From positions 610,142 to 674,141 of the forward strand of contig OZ244719.1 in NCBI GenBank assembly GCA_965219095.1: a stretch of DNA of 64,000 nucleotides. Reading direction: 5' to 3'. The stretch comes from Bdellovibrionales bacterium. GTDB lineage: Bacteria > Bdellovibrionota > Bdellovibrionia > Bdellovibrionales > UBA1609. A model generated the notes under the pieces. That model did not search any database, was not told the DNA's origin, and saw nothing but the letters and a program-made list of their open reading frames with translations. Numbering within the stretch: position 1 is the first letter of the stretch; the number at the start of each line of letters is the position of its first letter. The translations under genes were made by a program, and so were the position numbers. This document shows positions 1-9,658 of the stretch, in pieces.

Positions 1-207
1 ACAAAATCGAGTTTTTCTGCCCAAACGAATAAAAGGAATTTTTCTTTGAGCTACCCAATTCTTAATTGTCTGTGGAGCAAAACCAAGAAAGACCGCAACT
101 TCTTCCACACTCAGTATTCTATTGTCAAAGAACGAGTCCTCATTGTAAGGACGAATAGTACTTTTTAGAGTACTCTTTTGAGAATTATTTTTCAATATTT
201 TTTTCAT
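1..207 (-). CDS. Excisionase-like helix-turn-helix (HTH_17/MerR-like) DNA-binding protein, runs off the left edge
   Basis: Manual translation: MKKILKN...RILSVEEVAVFLGFAPQTIKNWVAQRKIPFIRLGRKTRFC, the typical Xis/HTH_17 pattern; AGGAG RBS upstream; not in the ORF track. Confidence 0.8.
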   Translation of the reverse strand, partial: MKKILKNNSQKSTLKSTIRPYNEDSFFDNRILSVEEVAVFLGFAPQTIKNWVAQRKIPFIRLGRKTRFC

Positions 208-278
208 TTCTTTTTCTCCTTTCAAATTGAAAGCTAGGGAGCTTTAAAAAGCCCCCTAGCAGTTGATTTTTTAGCCTT

Positions 279-506
279 TTAAAAAGGCCCTTCTTCTGTC
301 TCGCTTTTTTTCTCTTTTTTTGGCACTCTTCCTACAACTAAAAGCTCTCCTGAAACAGGCAAGCTTGAGAGCTTAAGAGAGAAGCCGTCTTTTGTTTTTA
401 GAGGGAAGGCTACGCCCACCTTTAAAAACTCTGATTTTTCCTTACCGGATATGGTGAATTTACGCACTGAAAAAGCCTCGTAAATTTTACTTTTTTCGTT
501 TTGCAT
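279..506 (-). CDS. Small mobile-element protein (DUF736-like, possible ssDNA-binding) with acidic C-terminal ...SETEEGPF
   Basis: 75 aa; KVGVAF...DGFSLKL..LP motif; AGGAG RBS. Confidence 0.5.
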   Translation of the reverse strand: MQNEKSKIYEAFSVRKFTISGKEKSEFLKVGVAFPLKTKDGFSLKLSSLPVSGELLVVGRVPKKEKKSETEEGPF

Positions 507-708
507 TATGCTACTCCTTTCATAATTGATTTGTTATTTGTTTTTTGACCTTTTTTTACTCCTTTCTGAGCCATTAAAAATGGCTCAAGTTAAACTCAAA
601 AAAAACAAGAATCCTTTAACCTGATAGAGAAAATTTTTAGGACTTTTAAGCTAAAAATTTTCTCTATTTTTTCTCCTCCCACACCCCCTTTCCTTTCCCT
701 TGAAAATC

Positions 709-759
709 TAAGAAACACCCTCCTCCGTAGAGTTAAGGGCTGTTAAGAAACCGAGTTAC
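709..759. repeat. Dispersed ~52-bp element, copy A (others at 11495-11548 and 61855-61906)
   Basis: taagaaacaccctcctccgtagagttaagggctgttaagaaaccgagttac aligns with the two other copies. Confidence 0.75.
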
Positions 760-907
760 GTTAAACTTGTAAAAAAGATCATATCACTGAATCATTGTTA
801 AATCTTAATCTGGCAACCCAATTAAAAGAGTCAATAAGAACATGTCTTTAAGTCAGATCCAAAGAGCTTTTGACTCTTAGGACGTATCCCCATACATTTT
901 AGAGATT

Positions 908-2047
908 TTAATTTTCCAATTGAGAGAGCCATTGGTCTAATGGTTGCACAGAAATTGGTCCCCAGCTAAGAGGTCTTTTTAAGAAGTACACTAGTTGCAA
1001 GGGCTTTACAGTGGGTATTTTATGAAAATAATATTTTAGGGAAGGATCCAGAGTTTCCTTTTTTGTTTTTACTTCTATAAGAAATTCTGGTTGTCCATCC
1101 CGTGTGGTTAAAAAATCCACTTCTCTTTTTTCTCTGTCCCGAATGTAAAAAAGCTGATTTTTTTCTCCATGAACATCCTCTAAATAATGTTGTCGTTTTA
1201 AAAGGCATAAAGCCACTAAGTTTTCCACTTTTGCGGAAAGATTTTCTGAAGGAATAGCCCCTATGTCAAAAAAATAAATTTTTGGCTCTTTGATAATAGT
1301 TCGAGAAAGTTTTTTTGAATACGGATAGATAGTAAAAATGACATAGAGGGCTTCTAAAATAGAAATCCAGTTTTTAACAGTATGAGGGGAAACGGACAGG
1401 TCTCGTCCAAGGGAAGCATAAGAACTTTGGGAGCCAACTCTTTGAGAAAGCAGTGTCACCAGGAGTTCTATTTGATTGATATTTCTTACATTTTCCAAAG
1501 TGATTAAATCCTCCCGGATAATTCTATCTATATGAGTCCTTCTCCATCGTTTTGCAAATGCTTCCGATTTTTTTAAATATGGTTCTGGAAAACCTCCTGT
1601 TTTTAAGAGCTGTTGGCTTGCTTCTTTGGCACTTTCCCCATTTTTCACCAGTTCTGATATGGAAAAAGGATATAGTCTATGCAGGAAGTACCTTCCAGCT
1701 AAAGAGTCTCCTTGTTTTCTAAAAATTTCTAGGCTAGCAGATCCAGTTACTAAGACAGGGGGATTGTTTTTTTCTTTGTCATACAGACCTTTCACCCAGG
1801 ACTTCCATTGAGGCTTTTTATGGATTTCATCTAAAATGACAAGCTTAGTGTTGCGCTTCCAAGAGCGGTCTAGGAGAATACGCCGATCTTCTTCGTCATC
1901 CCAGTTTAAGTAAAAAAAATCTGAAGGGGATAGAAGGTTTTGGCTAAGTATGGTTTTTCCCACCTGTCTGGGGCCAGTGAGAAAAACCATCTTTTCCTTT
2001 AAATCTTTGAGAATATTAGCTTTTTGGTGACGTTTGAAAAGTTGCAT
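908..2047 (-). CDS. AAA+ ATPase (AAA_14 + DUF4143)
   Basis: Walker A GPRQVGKT, Walker B LDEIH, TGS, GGFPE, KIYFFD, C-terminal EVDF...IEVK. Confidence 0.9.
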   Translation of the reverse strand: MQLFKRHQKANILKDLKEKMVFLTGPRQVGKTILSQNLLSPSDFFYLNWDDEEDRRILLDRSWKRNTKLVILDEIHKKPQWKSWVKGLYDKEKNNPPVLVTGSASLEIFRKQGDSLAGRYFLHRLYPFSISELVKNGESAKEASQQLLKTGGFPEPYLKKSEAFAKRWRRTHIDRIIREDLITLENVRNINQIELLVTLLSQRVGSQSSYASLGRDLSVSPHTVKNWISILEALYVIFTIYPYSKKLSRTIIKEPKIYFFDIGAIPSENLSAKVENLVALCLLKRQHYLEDVHGEKNQLFYIRDREKREVDFLTTRDGQPEFLIEVKTKKETLDPSLKYYFHKIPTVKPLQLVYFLKRPLSWGPISVQPLDQWLSQLEN

Positions 2048-2066
2048 GCTGACAGAATAGCACTAA

Positions 2067-2141
2067 AGTGCATTTTTATCAAGACAAAAATGTATTTTAG
2101 TGCATTTTTATCAAGACAAAAATGTATTTTAGTGCATTTTT
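2067..2141. repeat. 32-bp tandem repeat, about 2.3 copies, upstream of the AAA ATPase
   Basis: agtgcatttttatcaagacaaaaatgtatttt at 2067-2098 and 2099-2130, plus a partial copy. Confidence 0.9.
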
Positions 2142-2166
2142 GACTCCATCTTTTCAACGCAGTCCA

Positions 2167-2345
2167 GAGTGTTCCCTTTCTTTGAAGACCATGATGTGCC
2201 TTTGCTTCGTGTTTTAACAGATAGGGGTACAGAGTTCTGTGGAGTTCAAGATCGTCACGATTATGAGCTTTATTTGGTATCAATGAAATATAGAGCACAC
2301 AAAAATAAAGGCAAGACATCCTCACAATGGCATCTATGAAAGATT
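2167..2345 (+). pseudogene. IS481-family transposase fragment
   Basis: Translates RVFPFFEDHDVPLLRVLTDRGTEFCG...HDYELYL, then frameshifted IEHTKIKARHP..NGI. Confidence 0.75.
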
Positions 2346-2647
2346 TCTTAGAACCTAAGTGATTCGGATAGTTTCTTGTAATAATTAGCCTCCCAGTAGC
2401 AACATCTCTTTTCGAGAAAGAAAAGGCGCAAACATAAGTACTTGTATCAAATTTATAAGTCTTTAAATCAGGAATTTTTTTGTTTTTAAGATCCTTCTTC
2501 ATCCACTTATTAATACGTTGATAAGATATTTTTCCAAAAGAAAAGTTGTCTATTTTCAAGATTGTTTCCTAAAATTGATTTTTCAGATCTTTTTAGCACA
2601 TAGGTGTAAACCTGAATAATGCCCCTTCAAAAGAATTCGTGAATACA

Positions 2648-2861
2648 TGCAATGTTCTACGTTGAGTGAAGAATAGCCAGAAAGGCAGTCTGTATAGCGA
2701 TTGTTTTTTACATCTCATACATAAACTCCTTGTCCCTTATCTATTACGACAGGGATGGGATCATAAATATGAGCTCCATATTGATTCTCTAGCTCTATGT
2801 AATAGGATGAGTTTTTCATATGCTTTTCTTCTGTACTTAATTTGTTTTTATTTTTCTTCAT
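2648..2861 (-). pseudogene. rocD: Ornithine aminotransferase N-terminal remnant, divergent from the LysR gene
   Basis: YIELENQYGAHIYDPIPVVIDKGQGVYV*DV / NRYTDCLSGYSSLNVEHC; internal stop, frameshift and truncation; GGGAG RBS. Confidence 0.75.
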
Positions 2862-2948
2862 TGTATTCTCCCTTTTTGATTCAGTATAAGAATTTTTTTA
2901 AATTCTGTAAAATGATTTGATTTCAAGGAAGTTATTTGATAAATTAGA

Positions 2949-3845
2949 ATGATGAAGTTAGATCAATTGAGCTATTTTTTGGAAACAGCACGACATGAGC
3001 ATATTGGAAAGGCCTCAAAGATATTAGCTATCAGTCCCAGTGCTATAAGCCATAGCCTTTCTTGTTTGCAAGAGGAGTTAGGACAAGCTCTTTTTAAGAA
3101 AAGAGGGAAGAGAATCTTTCTAACCAGTCATGGTGAACTTTTAAAAAAAAGAGCTTTTGAGATTCTTACTCATGTAGAGAAAGTAAAAGAGGAGGTTTCG
3201 TCAGATCATGTTCATTTATCGGGACATTATCGATTGGCAGCTAGTCATATGCTCTGCTCTCATATTTTAACTCCAGCTTGGAGTCAGATTCAAAATCAGA
3301 ACTCTAAAATAACAGCAGAAATTTATACAAGAAGATCTTCCGAAGTTCTTAAAGGTATACTGGATGGCGAGTATAACTTGGGTTTATGTTTTAGTCCTCA
3401 GGAACATCCAGATGTTGAAATGATTCGTATTTTAAAGGGTGATCTTTTAATTTTTGCAAGGAAAAATCATCCAGTTTTCAAGGATTCTAAAGTACAACTG
3501 AAGAGAATTACAGAATATCCAGCTGTTTTACCAAAATCTTTTAGTGGCATTGAAATTTGTGAAACTCATCCTGCATTTAAAAGGTTCGATTTAATTCCTC
3601 ATGTGGATTGCATGTTTGATAGTTATGAGATTGCTTTGAGAAAAATACTCTCATCAAATTCTTGGAGCCTTATGCCGGACTTTATGATTCAATATGCACA
3701 CAAGAAAATTAAACCCATTAAAGTTCCTAGAGGTTGGGATGCTATGTACAATATTTCAATTGTTTATCCTAAAAACAGACTTTTGACAAAAGCACTTATG
3801 CAAGTAGTAGAGTTAATTAAGGTACAACTTTTAGCAGTGAAGTAG
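2949..3845 (+). CDS. LysR-family transcriptional regulator
   Basis: N-terminal HTH (KASKILAISPSAISHSLSCLQEELGQALF) plus substrate-binding domain, 298 aa. Confidence 0.95.
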   Translation: MMKLDQLSYFLETARHEHIGKASKILAISPSAISHSLSCLQEELGQALFKKRGKRIFLTSHGELLKKRAFEILTHVEKVKEEVSSDHVHLSGHYRLAASHMLCSHILTPAWSQIQNQNSKITAEIYTRRSSEVLKGILDGEYNLGLCFSPQEHPDVEMIRILKGDLLIFARKNHPVFKDSKVQLKRITEYPAVLPKSFSGIEICETHPAFKRFDLIPHVDCMFDSYEIALRKILSSNSWSLMPDFMIQYAHKKIKPIKVPRGWDAMYNISIVYPKNRLLTKALMQVVELIKVQLLAVK

Positions 3846-3971
3846 AGGATGTCCGTAGTTCCGTTGAAGTTTGCAAAAGAAGCTCTCTTCAAGATAAGTT
3901 TTGAAGTAAAAAATTCAGGCCAATAGAAATGACACACATAAACTTTGATTCCTTCTCCCTATACCTTCAGT

Positions 3972-4157
3972 TCAAAAAGAAATTGCCAATCTTATGGAGA
4001 AGTGTTTTTTTTGATAGACAAATTTTACAGGAGTTTTATATTGCAGTGCTGAATGAAGGTGTTCTACGTTGTAAAAACCGTCAGTCCACTCAAAAATTTT
4101 CATTTCAGCTTTCTTCAAGGAGGAAAATGTTTTAAGGCCGAGTTTTCGTTTAAGCAA
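3972..4157 (-). pseudogene. IS3-type integrase-core C-terminal remnant
   Basis: IFEWTDGFYNVEHLHSALQYKTP resembles the FYNxxRxHSxLxYxTP motif. Confidence 0.55.
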
Positions 4158-4546
4158 GGTAAAAAAGCCTTCACTGTGTATGTTATCATAAAGGTTTCCG
4201 TTTCTAGAACAGCTGAATAAGTCCTAAACTTTTTAGTATTTTTCTAAATTTTGTGCAAATATACTGAACATCAGAGTAAGCAGTTACGATTTTTCAAGTT
4301 CTTTCATAAGAGACTTGTTGGAGGGAGTAGAAAAACATTTGTTTTTACTGTATTTTAATGAAATCAGCAATTCAATGATAAAGCAGGTCTTGTAATTTAA
4401 ATTGTGTAGTGTGTAAGCAAAGATAATACAATGCACTAGGAATACTAAAAACATCTTATTGCGTTTATAAATGTAGATATGTTACCTATTTTTTTTCTTG
4501 TTTACTTTGCAACTCAAATATTAAAATCTATTGATGAGAGGTATTT

Positions 4547-7500
4547 TTGATGAATGAAGGAAATGAATTCGTAAGTCCAATTGCCATTGATCTTGGTGCT
4601 CAGAATACAGGCGTTTATTTTGCTCACTATCCAAAAGGTAGTGAATTAAGTATTTTAAAAAATGAAGACACTAAGGAGGGTAAAGTGTATGTTTTGGAGA
4701 AAAATTCATATACTTTGCTTATGGCTAATAGAACAGCAAAACGTCATCAGAGGCGATGTTATGATCGCCGGAAAATGGCAAAACGTCTATTTAGGTTAAT
4801 ATGGGAAAAGCATTTCGGATTCCCATGGGATAAAGATGTCCAACAAACAATTAGTTTCTTGCTCAATCGCAGAGGCTTTAGCTTTTTAACAGAAGAATAT
4901 GATCCTGAAATCTTAAGCCAATTTCCTAAAGAAGCATTTGAAAAGTTGCCAGAAGAACTAAAGCAAGAAGTTATACAGAATGACAACAGCACATATGATT
5001 TTACAAGTGCGATTCGGCATTGGATAGCGAAAGAACAAGTTAAAGAAAAGTATGAAGCTATAAATAAAAAACCAAAAGAAATTAAAGAAAAGTATGAAGC
5101 TATAAATAAAAAACCAAAAGAAATTAAAGAAAAGTATGAAACTATAAATAAAAAACCAAAAGAAATTAAAGAAATTAACAGAGAGCTATATCTAATTACA
5201 TGTACTGAAAAGTTGAAAAATTATTGCCTATTACGCAAGGAAGGAAAAGAGATAACAGATGGAAAAACAAAAAAGAAAGATACTACTTTCAAAGCATCTA
5301 GATGGTTGCTGGGTGAGTGGCAACAACGATTAAAAATACAAGGATTACCTGACGACAACAACAATGAGATCAATATAGTAAAGTTTCTGAATGAAACAAC
5401 ACCAGAACAAGTTAAAAAAATTTATGATACTATCCACCTTTACTCTCCTTCCCCTCATATCAAGAAAAAAGAACTAAAAAATTCAGAGTGGTACTTTAAT
5501 GCTGAAAAATTCAACCAAGAGGAAAACTTTGTAACTGTTGATGGTGAGCCAGACGAAAAAACTCATATTCACCACCTTGCATTCGCCTTATACAAAACCA
5601 ATGAAGAACTCACCTCTGGTAATCGTCATCGTACTAAATACTTTAAAGAAGTTCGTGAGATATTAATAAAAACAGATCACTCTCACAACTATTTGAAAAA
5701 AATCTGTACAAAGTTGCAATCTGGCGACTTTAGAGAGCTAACAGTAGACAGCCTGACCAAGCTTATTGGGCATATAAGCAATTTAGAGCTTAAACCTCTC
5801 CGAAAATATTTTAATAACGAGAAACATAAAACAAAAGATATTTGGGATGAAAAAATCCTAAATGAGATATTTGAAAATTGGATATTGAATGAGTGGAGGG
5901 TTGGAGAAAAAGACAAAGATAAATCTGATAATAGTAGCTTTTCTTACAAAGAGCTCAGAGAACTTTGGTCTAAAAAAGCTAATTCAGTAGTTAATTTTTG
6001 GCTGAATACTGAGCCTGAGTATACCACCCCCCCCTATCAAGATAACAATAATCGTCGGCCCCCTAGATGTCAAAGTTTGATTCTTAATGTTGAGTTTCTT
6101 GATAGCAAATATCCAAACTGGAAAAAATGGCTTGATAAATTAAAAGGATTAAAATCCGTCCAAAAGTATCTCGATGATTATGCAGATAACTTAAGGGAGT
6201 TAAAAAGCGGTAAGGGAAACTCTTATTTTTATAAATCTAAGGCAGGAAATTTACTTGTCAATTCTGGTCGCAGAAACATGGAAGAACTCGAGTCACGCAT
6301 TATGCAATTTATCTTTGACAGAGTCAAAGATAAAGATCCCCTTAGTCTCAACGAAATTTACAGTTATGCCAAAAAAATTAGACAAAACATTCATAAAACA
6401 AATGATAAAGGCATTAATAATTCAATAGTTGAAACAAAAAATAACTTAGAAAAGTCAATAGAAAACAGTGCTTTGCCGGATGATATGAAAATTAACCCAA
6501 ACTATGATAGAGATGATTTGTTTCCAAAAGACAGTTTTCTGCATTTAATCTGTAAATACTATAAGAATCGTCAGCGTGCTAGAGAAGGGCGTATTTTCAT
6601 TCATCCTGAATACCGTTCTGTCAAAGATCGTGGCTATGAAAACACTAAACGCTTCGACAATAAAAACAACCTATTAACTTATTGTAACCATAAGCCTCGT
6701 CAAAAGCGTTATCAGATTTTCGAGGATTTAGCCAGTGTATTACGAATTTCCCCTCTAGATCTGAAGCGGGTTGTTAATAAAAAACAAGGGAAAGACGAAA
6801 GTGATAAATTATTTAAATGGTTAAACAGTATCGATTCTTTGGAAAAAAATTGCGATCGAGCGTCTGAAGAACAGAAAGAACGCAAAGGACGTTTAAAGTC
6901 AGATATCCAGGGCATCTTTGGGTTGATATATCACAGAAAGAAAAATGAAAATCCATCTAAAAAAGAAATCGGAAATATTCTTAAAAATTCTAAAGTTAAA
7001 GATCCGCAAAAATTATATAATTTTTGTAAAAGGGCTAAGGAGCGTTGTCTAAATTTAACAACCTTTGGTTTATATGATGAATCAAGACAACAACAATGGG
7101 AAGATGATTTAAATAAAAATCCGGCTACTGCTGTTTATTTTCTCTCACAAATCAATAATATTGTCAAGGAGCGTAGTGGTAATGCCAAGACTTGTGCGGT
7201 ATGCAGTATGGATAATGCACAACGTATGCAGATCGCTGATACTATGGTTCATATTGCTAAAGCTCAACGGTTGCCAGCCATACCAACTCGCATTATTGAT
7301 GGCGCTGTTATGCGTATGGCTCGTATTGTTGGTGGTGCTATTGCTGATGATAAGTGGGAGAGGATTGGGAGAGAACTTAAATCAGATAAAAGGGTTTGCG
7401 TTCCTATTATCATTGAATCTAATCAGTTTGAGTTTGAACCTTCCAGAGAGGAACTAGTAAAATCACAAAGAATTCAAAAAAGAAGGGGAAAAGTCCCGGA

Positions 7501-9658
7501 CCCTAATCAAAGAGATCAAAGAGATCAGATTTTCAAATCTAAGGAAGAACGTATCAAGGAATCCAGTAAAGAGATATGCCCTTACACCGGGGAAAAGATC
7601 AGTAGTCATCATGGTGAAATTGATCATATAATACCTAGAACCTCTGAATGGGGCATTCTAAATGATGAATCAAATTTAATTTATGCGAGTAAAGAAGGTA
7701 ATAGACAAAAAAGTAACAAAATGTATTCACTAAAAGACTTAAAATCACAATATAAAGAAAAAATTTTTAGAACTAAAAATGATGATATAGAACAATGGAT
7801 TATTAATCAGATCTGGGACAAAGAAAGCAATAAATTTATATTTGGCAAATATCGAAATTTTTCTAACCTTACCATTGATCAACAAATTGCTTTTCGGCAC
7901 GCTTTATTCCTTAATGAAGAGCATCCCTTAAGAGGTAAGGTCATTAACGCTATAAATAATATAAACCGGACCCTTGTCAATGGAACACAGCGCTATTTTT
8001 CAGAAGTATTAGCAAATAATCTTTATAAAAAAGCCAAAAGAATTAGAAAAGAACATTTGTTATCATTTGATTACTATGAGGTAGATGCTTATTCTAATAG
8101 TGGAAATAATATTTATGATTTGCGCAGGAACTATGTTGAGGGCGAACATGAGGTAATTTCTAAATACAAAAAGGGGAAAGAGGTCCAAAAGCCTTATTCA
8201 CATTTGATAGACGCTCAACTTTCCTTTGCCTTAGCTGCTAGTGATCATCGTAATAGAGGAGGGCTTGGTATAGAAATAAGTGATGAAATTAATATGTGGT
8301 TTTTTGACAAGGATACAGGAGAAGTTCTCAAAAATTTATTTGACACTATACATGTGTCTGATGAGGGTTTTAAGCCAGAAGAATTAAATCGTAAGAAACC
8401 AAATGAAAGTTTTTGTTCTCATCGTGCGTTTACAAGAGATATGTTTTATGCTGACCGTTATCTCCCTGTTCTCTTAAAACTTGAGAGTGGAAAAGTTCAG
8501 GTAAAAATTGGCTTTGATTGGAGTAATAGTGTTAAATTAGGAATAGACACACCTAAAGGGGCAGAAAAATATTTACTAGATATCATTGATTTGCTTCCTG
8601 TATGCAATAGAACTGAACTTTTGGAGGATAAGGAATATTCTAGCTTGGAAAAATTATTTTCAGAAATAGAACAGATTTCATATTTTAATAAACAACGGCA
8701 AGAAAAAGGCTACTGTTGTATAACAGTGAACAGATCAAAACTACATGATCATTGGAGAGAAAAATACAATAGCAAAACTGGGGATTCATTTGAAGAAAAG
8801 AAATTCGTTTATAAGTATTTACATTATAAAACAGAAAAGGTGAAGCTTGATAAGCCTGAAGATTTATCAAAAAAACTGTGCGATATAAAAAAGTTTGAAG
8901 TTGAAGTTGAGAGGAAACCAATAACATTGCCAGTAAAAAAACAATGGCAAGATTGTTGGGATGCCTGGGAAAGAGAAAAAGATTTATTTAAAGATAAAGA
9001 TTTTAAAGAGTTTTTGAAAAATTATTTTAAACCACCACATACACTGTCTCACCAAAAGGTAAGAAAAGTTTTTTCCCTACCAACACTTTCTAAAGAAGGC
9101 AAGATATTAATGCGGAGAAAATCTTGGACAGGAAATTACACTTATCAGATTGTTAACGATTCTGACTCTAGGAAGGATGACAATAAACCTAATGTACCGA
9201 TAAGGAAACAAAATGGAGAACGGGGTAAAAAGCTTGCAGAGTGGGCTAAGTCAGAAAATATTATCAAGTTTAAGGACGGCTACGAGGACGGAAAACCAAT
9301 CAATCCTACTCAATGGTATAAGGTTGATAAAAAATCTTCTAAATTGCCAGACGAAATTGAGGATCTTTGGTATCGGATAAAGGATTCAACCGCTCCACTT
9401 ATAGCTATAAAGTTAGCACAAGATGGTGAAAATATTTCTAATGCCGAATTTATGGAAAATCCAATGTGTAAGCACGGTTTTAGAAAAAACGATAAACTTA
9501 AAAAATCTAAAAAGGATGTTCGTAATGAGTTTTTTGAAAAAGAGATAAAAACAAAAAAACGTGGCGCCATCATTCCTTACGAGGGGTCGAAGTATAACAA
9601 AGAGATGCAGAAGGCATTCAAAGAAGCAAGCTTAGTTGGCAAACTACCACTACCATGA
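4547..9658 (+). CDS. cas9: Type II-B CRISPR nuclease Cas9 (Csx12/FnCas9-like); ATG at 4550 is an alternative start
   Basis: RuvC-I IAIDLGAQNTG, bridge helix RTAKRHQRR, RuvC-II IIIESN, HNH EIDHIIPR..N...GN, RuvC-III SHLIDA, Zn-finger Cys (RCQS, YCNH, CAVC); followed by cas1-cas2-cas4. Confidence 0.97.
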   Translation: MMNEGNEFVSPIAIDLGAQNTGVYFAHYPKGSELSILKNEDTKEGKVYVLEKNSYTLLMANRTAKRHQRRCYDRRKMAKRLFRLIWEKHFGFPWDKDVQQTISFLLNRRGFSFLTEEYDPEILSQFPKEAFEKLPEELKQEVIQNDNSTYDFTSAIRHWIAKEQVKEKYEAINKKPKEIKEKYEAINKKPKEIKEKYETINKKPKEIKEINRELYLITCTEKLKNYCLLRKEGKEITDGKTKKKDTTFKASRWLLGEWQQRLKIQGLPDDNNNEINIVKFLNETTPEQVKKIYDTIHLYSPSPHIKKKELKNSEWYFNAEKFNQEENFVTVDGEPDEKTHIHHLAFALYKTNEELTSGNRHRTKYFKEVREILIKTDHSHNYLKKICTKLQSGDFRELTVDSLTKLIGHISNLELKPLRKYFNNEKHKTKDIWDEKILNEIFENWILNEWRVGEKDKDKSDNSSFSYKELRELWSKKANSVVNFWLNTEPEYTTPPYQDNNNRRPPRCQSLILNVEFLDSKYPNWKKWLDKLKGLKSVQKYLDDYADNLRELKSGKGNSYFYKSKAGNLLVNSGRRNMEELESRIMQFIFDRVKDKDPLSLNEIYSYAKKIRQNIHKTNDKGINNSIVETKNNLEKSIENSALPDDMKINPNYDRDDLFPKDSFLHLICKYYKNRQRAREGRIFIHPEYRSVKDRGYENTKRFDNKNNLLTYCNHKPRQKRYQIFEDLASVLRISPLDLKRVVNKKQGKDESDKLFKWLNSIDSLEKNCDRASEEQKERKGRLKSDIQGIFGLIYHRKKNENPSKKEIGNILKNSKVKDPQKLYNFCKRAKERCLNLTTFGLYDESRQQQWEDDLNKNPATAVYFLSQINNIVKERSGNAKTCAVCSMDNAQRMQIADTMVHIAKAQRLPAIPTRIIDGAVMRMARIVGGAIADDKWERIGRELKSDKRVCVPIIIESNQFEFEPSREELVKSQRIQKRRGKVPDPNQRDQRDQIFKSKEERIKESSKEICPYTGEKISSHHGEIDHIIPRTSEWGILNDESNLIYASKEGNRQKSNKMYSLKDLKSQYKEKIFRTKNDDIEQWIINQIWDKESNKFIFGKYRNFSNLTIDQQIAFRHALFLNEEHPLRGKVINAINNINRTLVNGTQRYFSEVLANNLYKKAKRIRKEHLLSFDYYEVDAYSNSGNNIYDLRRNYVEGEHEVISKYKKGKEVQKPYSHLIDAQLSFALAASDHRNRGGLGIEISDEINMWFFDKDTGEVLKNLFDTIHVSDEGFKPEELNRKKPNESFCSHRAFTRDMFYADRYLPVLLKLESGKVQVKIGFDWSNSVKLGIDTPKGAEKYLLDIIDLLPVCNRTELLEDKEYSSLEKLFSEIEQISYFNKQRQEKGYCCITVNRSKLHDHWREKYNSKTGDSFEEKKFVYKYLHYKTEKVKLDKPEDLSKKLCDIKKFEVEVERKPITLPVKKQWQDCWDAWEREKDLFKDKDFKEFLKNYFKPPHTLSHQKVRKVFSLPTLSKEGKILMRRKSWTGNYTYQIVNDSDSRKDDNKPNVPIRKQNGERGKKLAEWAKSENIIKFKDGYEDGKPINPTQWYKVDKKSSKLPDEIEDLWYRIKDSTAPLIAIKLAQDGENISNAEFMENPMCKHGFRKNDKLKKSKKDVRNEFFEKEIKTKKRGAIIPYEGSKYNKEMQKAFKEASLVGKLPLP
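5040..5174 (+). repeat. In-frame 42-bp tandem repeat x3 in cas9 (KEKYE[A/T]INKKPKEI)
   Basis: Units at 5040, 5082 and 5124 (one substitution in the third), plus a 9-bp partial. Confidence 0.95.

Noticed and set aside
1999..2559. 186-aa minus-strand ORF
   Set aside because: Spans a tandem repeat and the antisense of an IS481 fragment and overlaps the ATPase start; likely spurious or chimeric.
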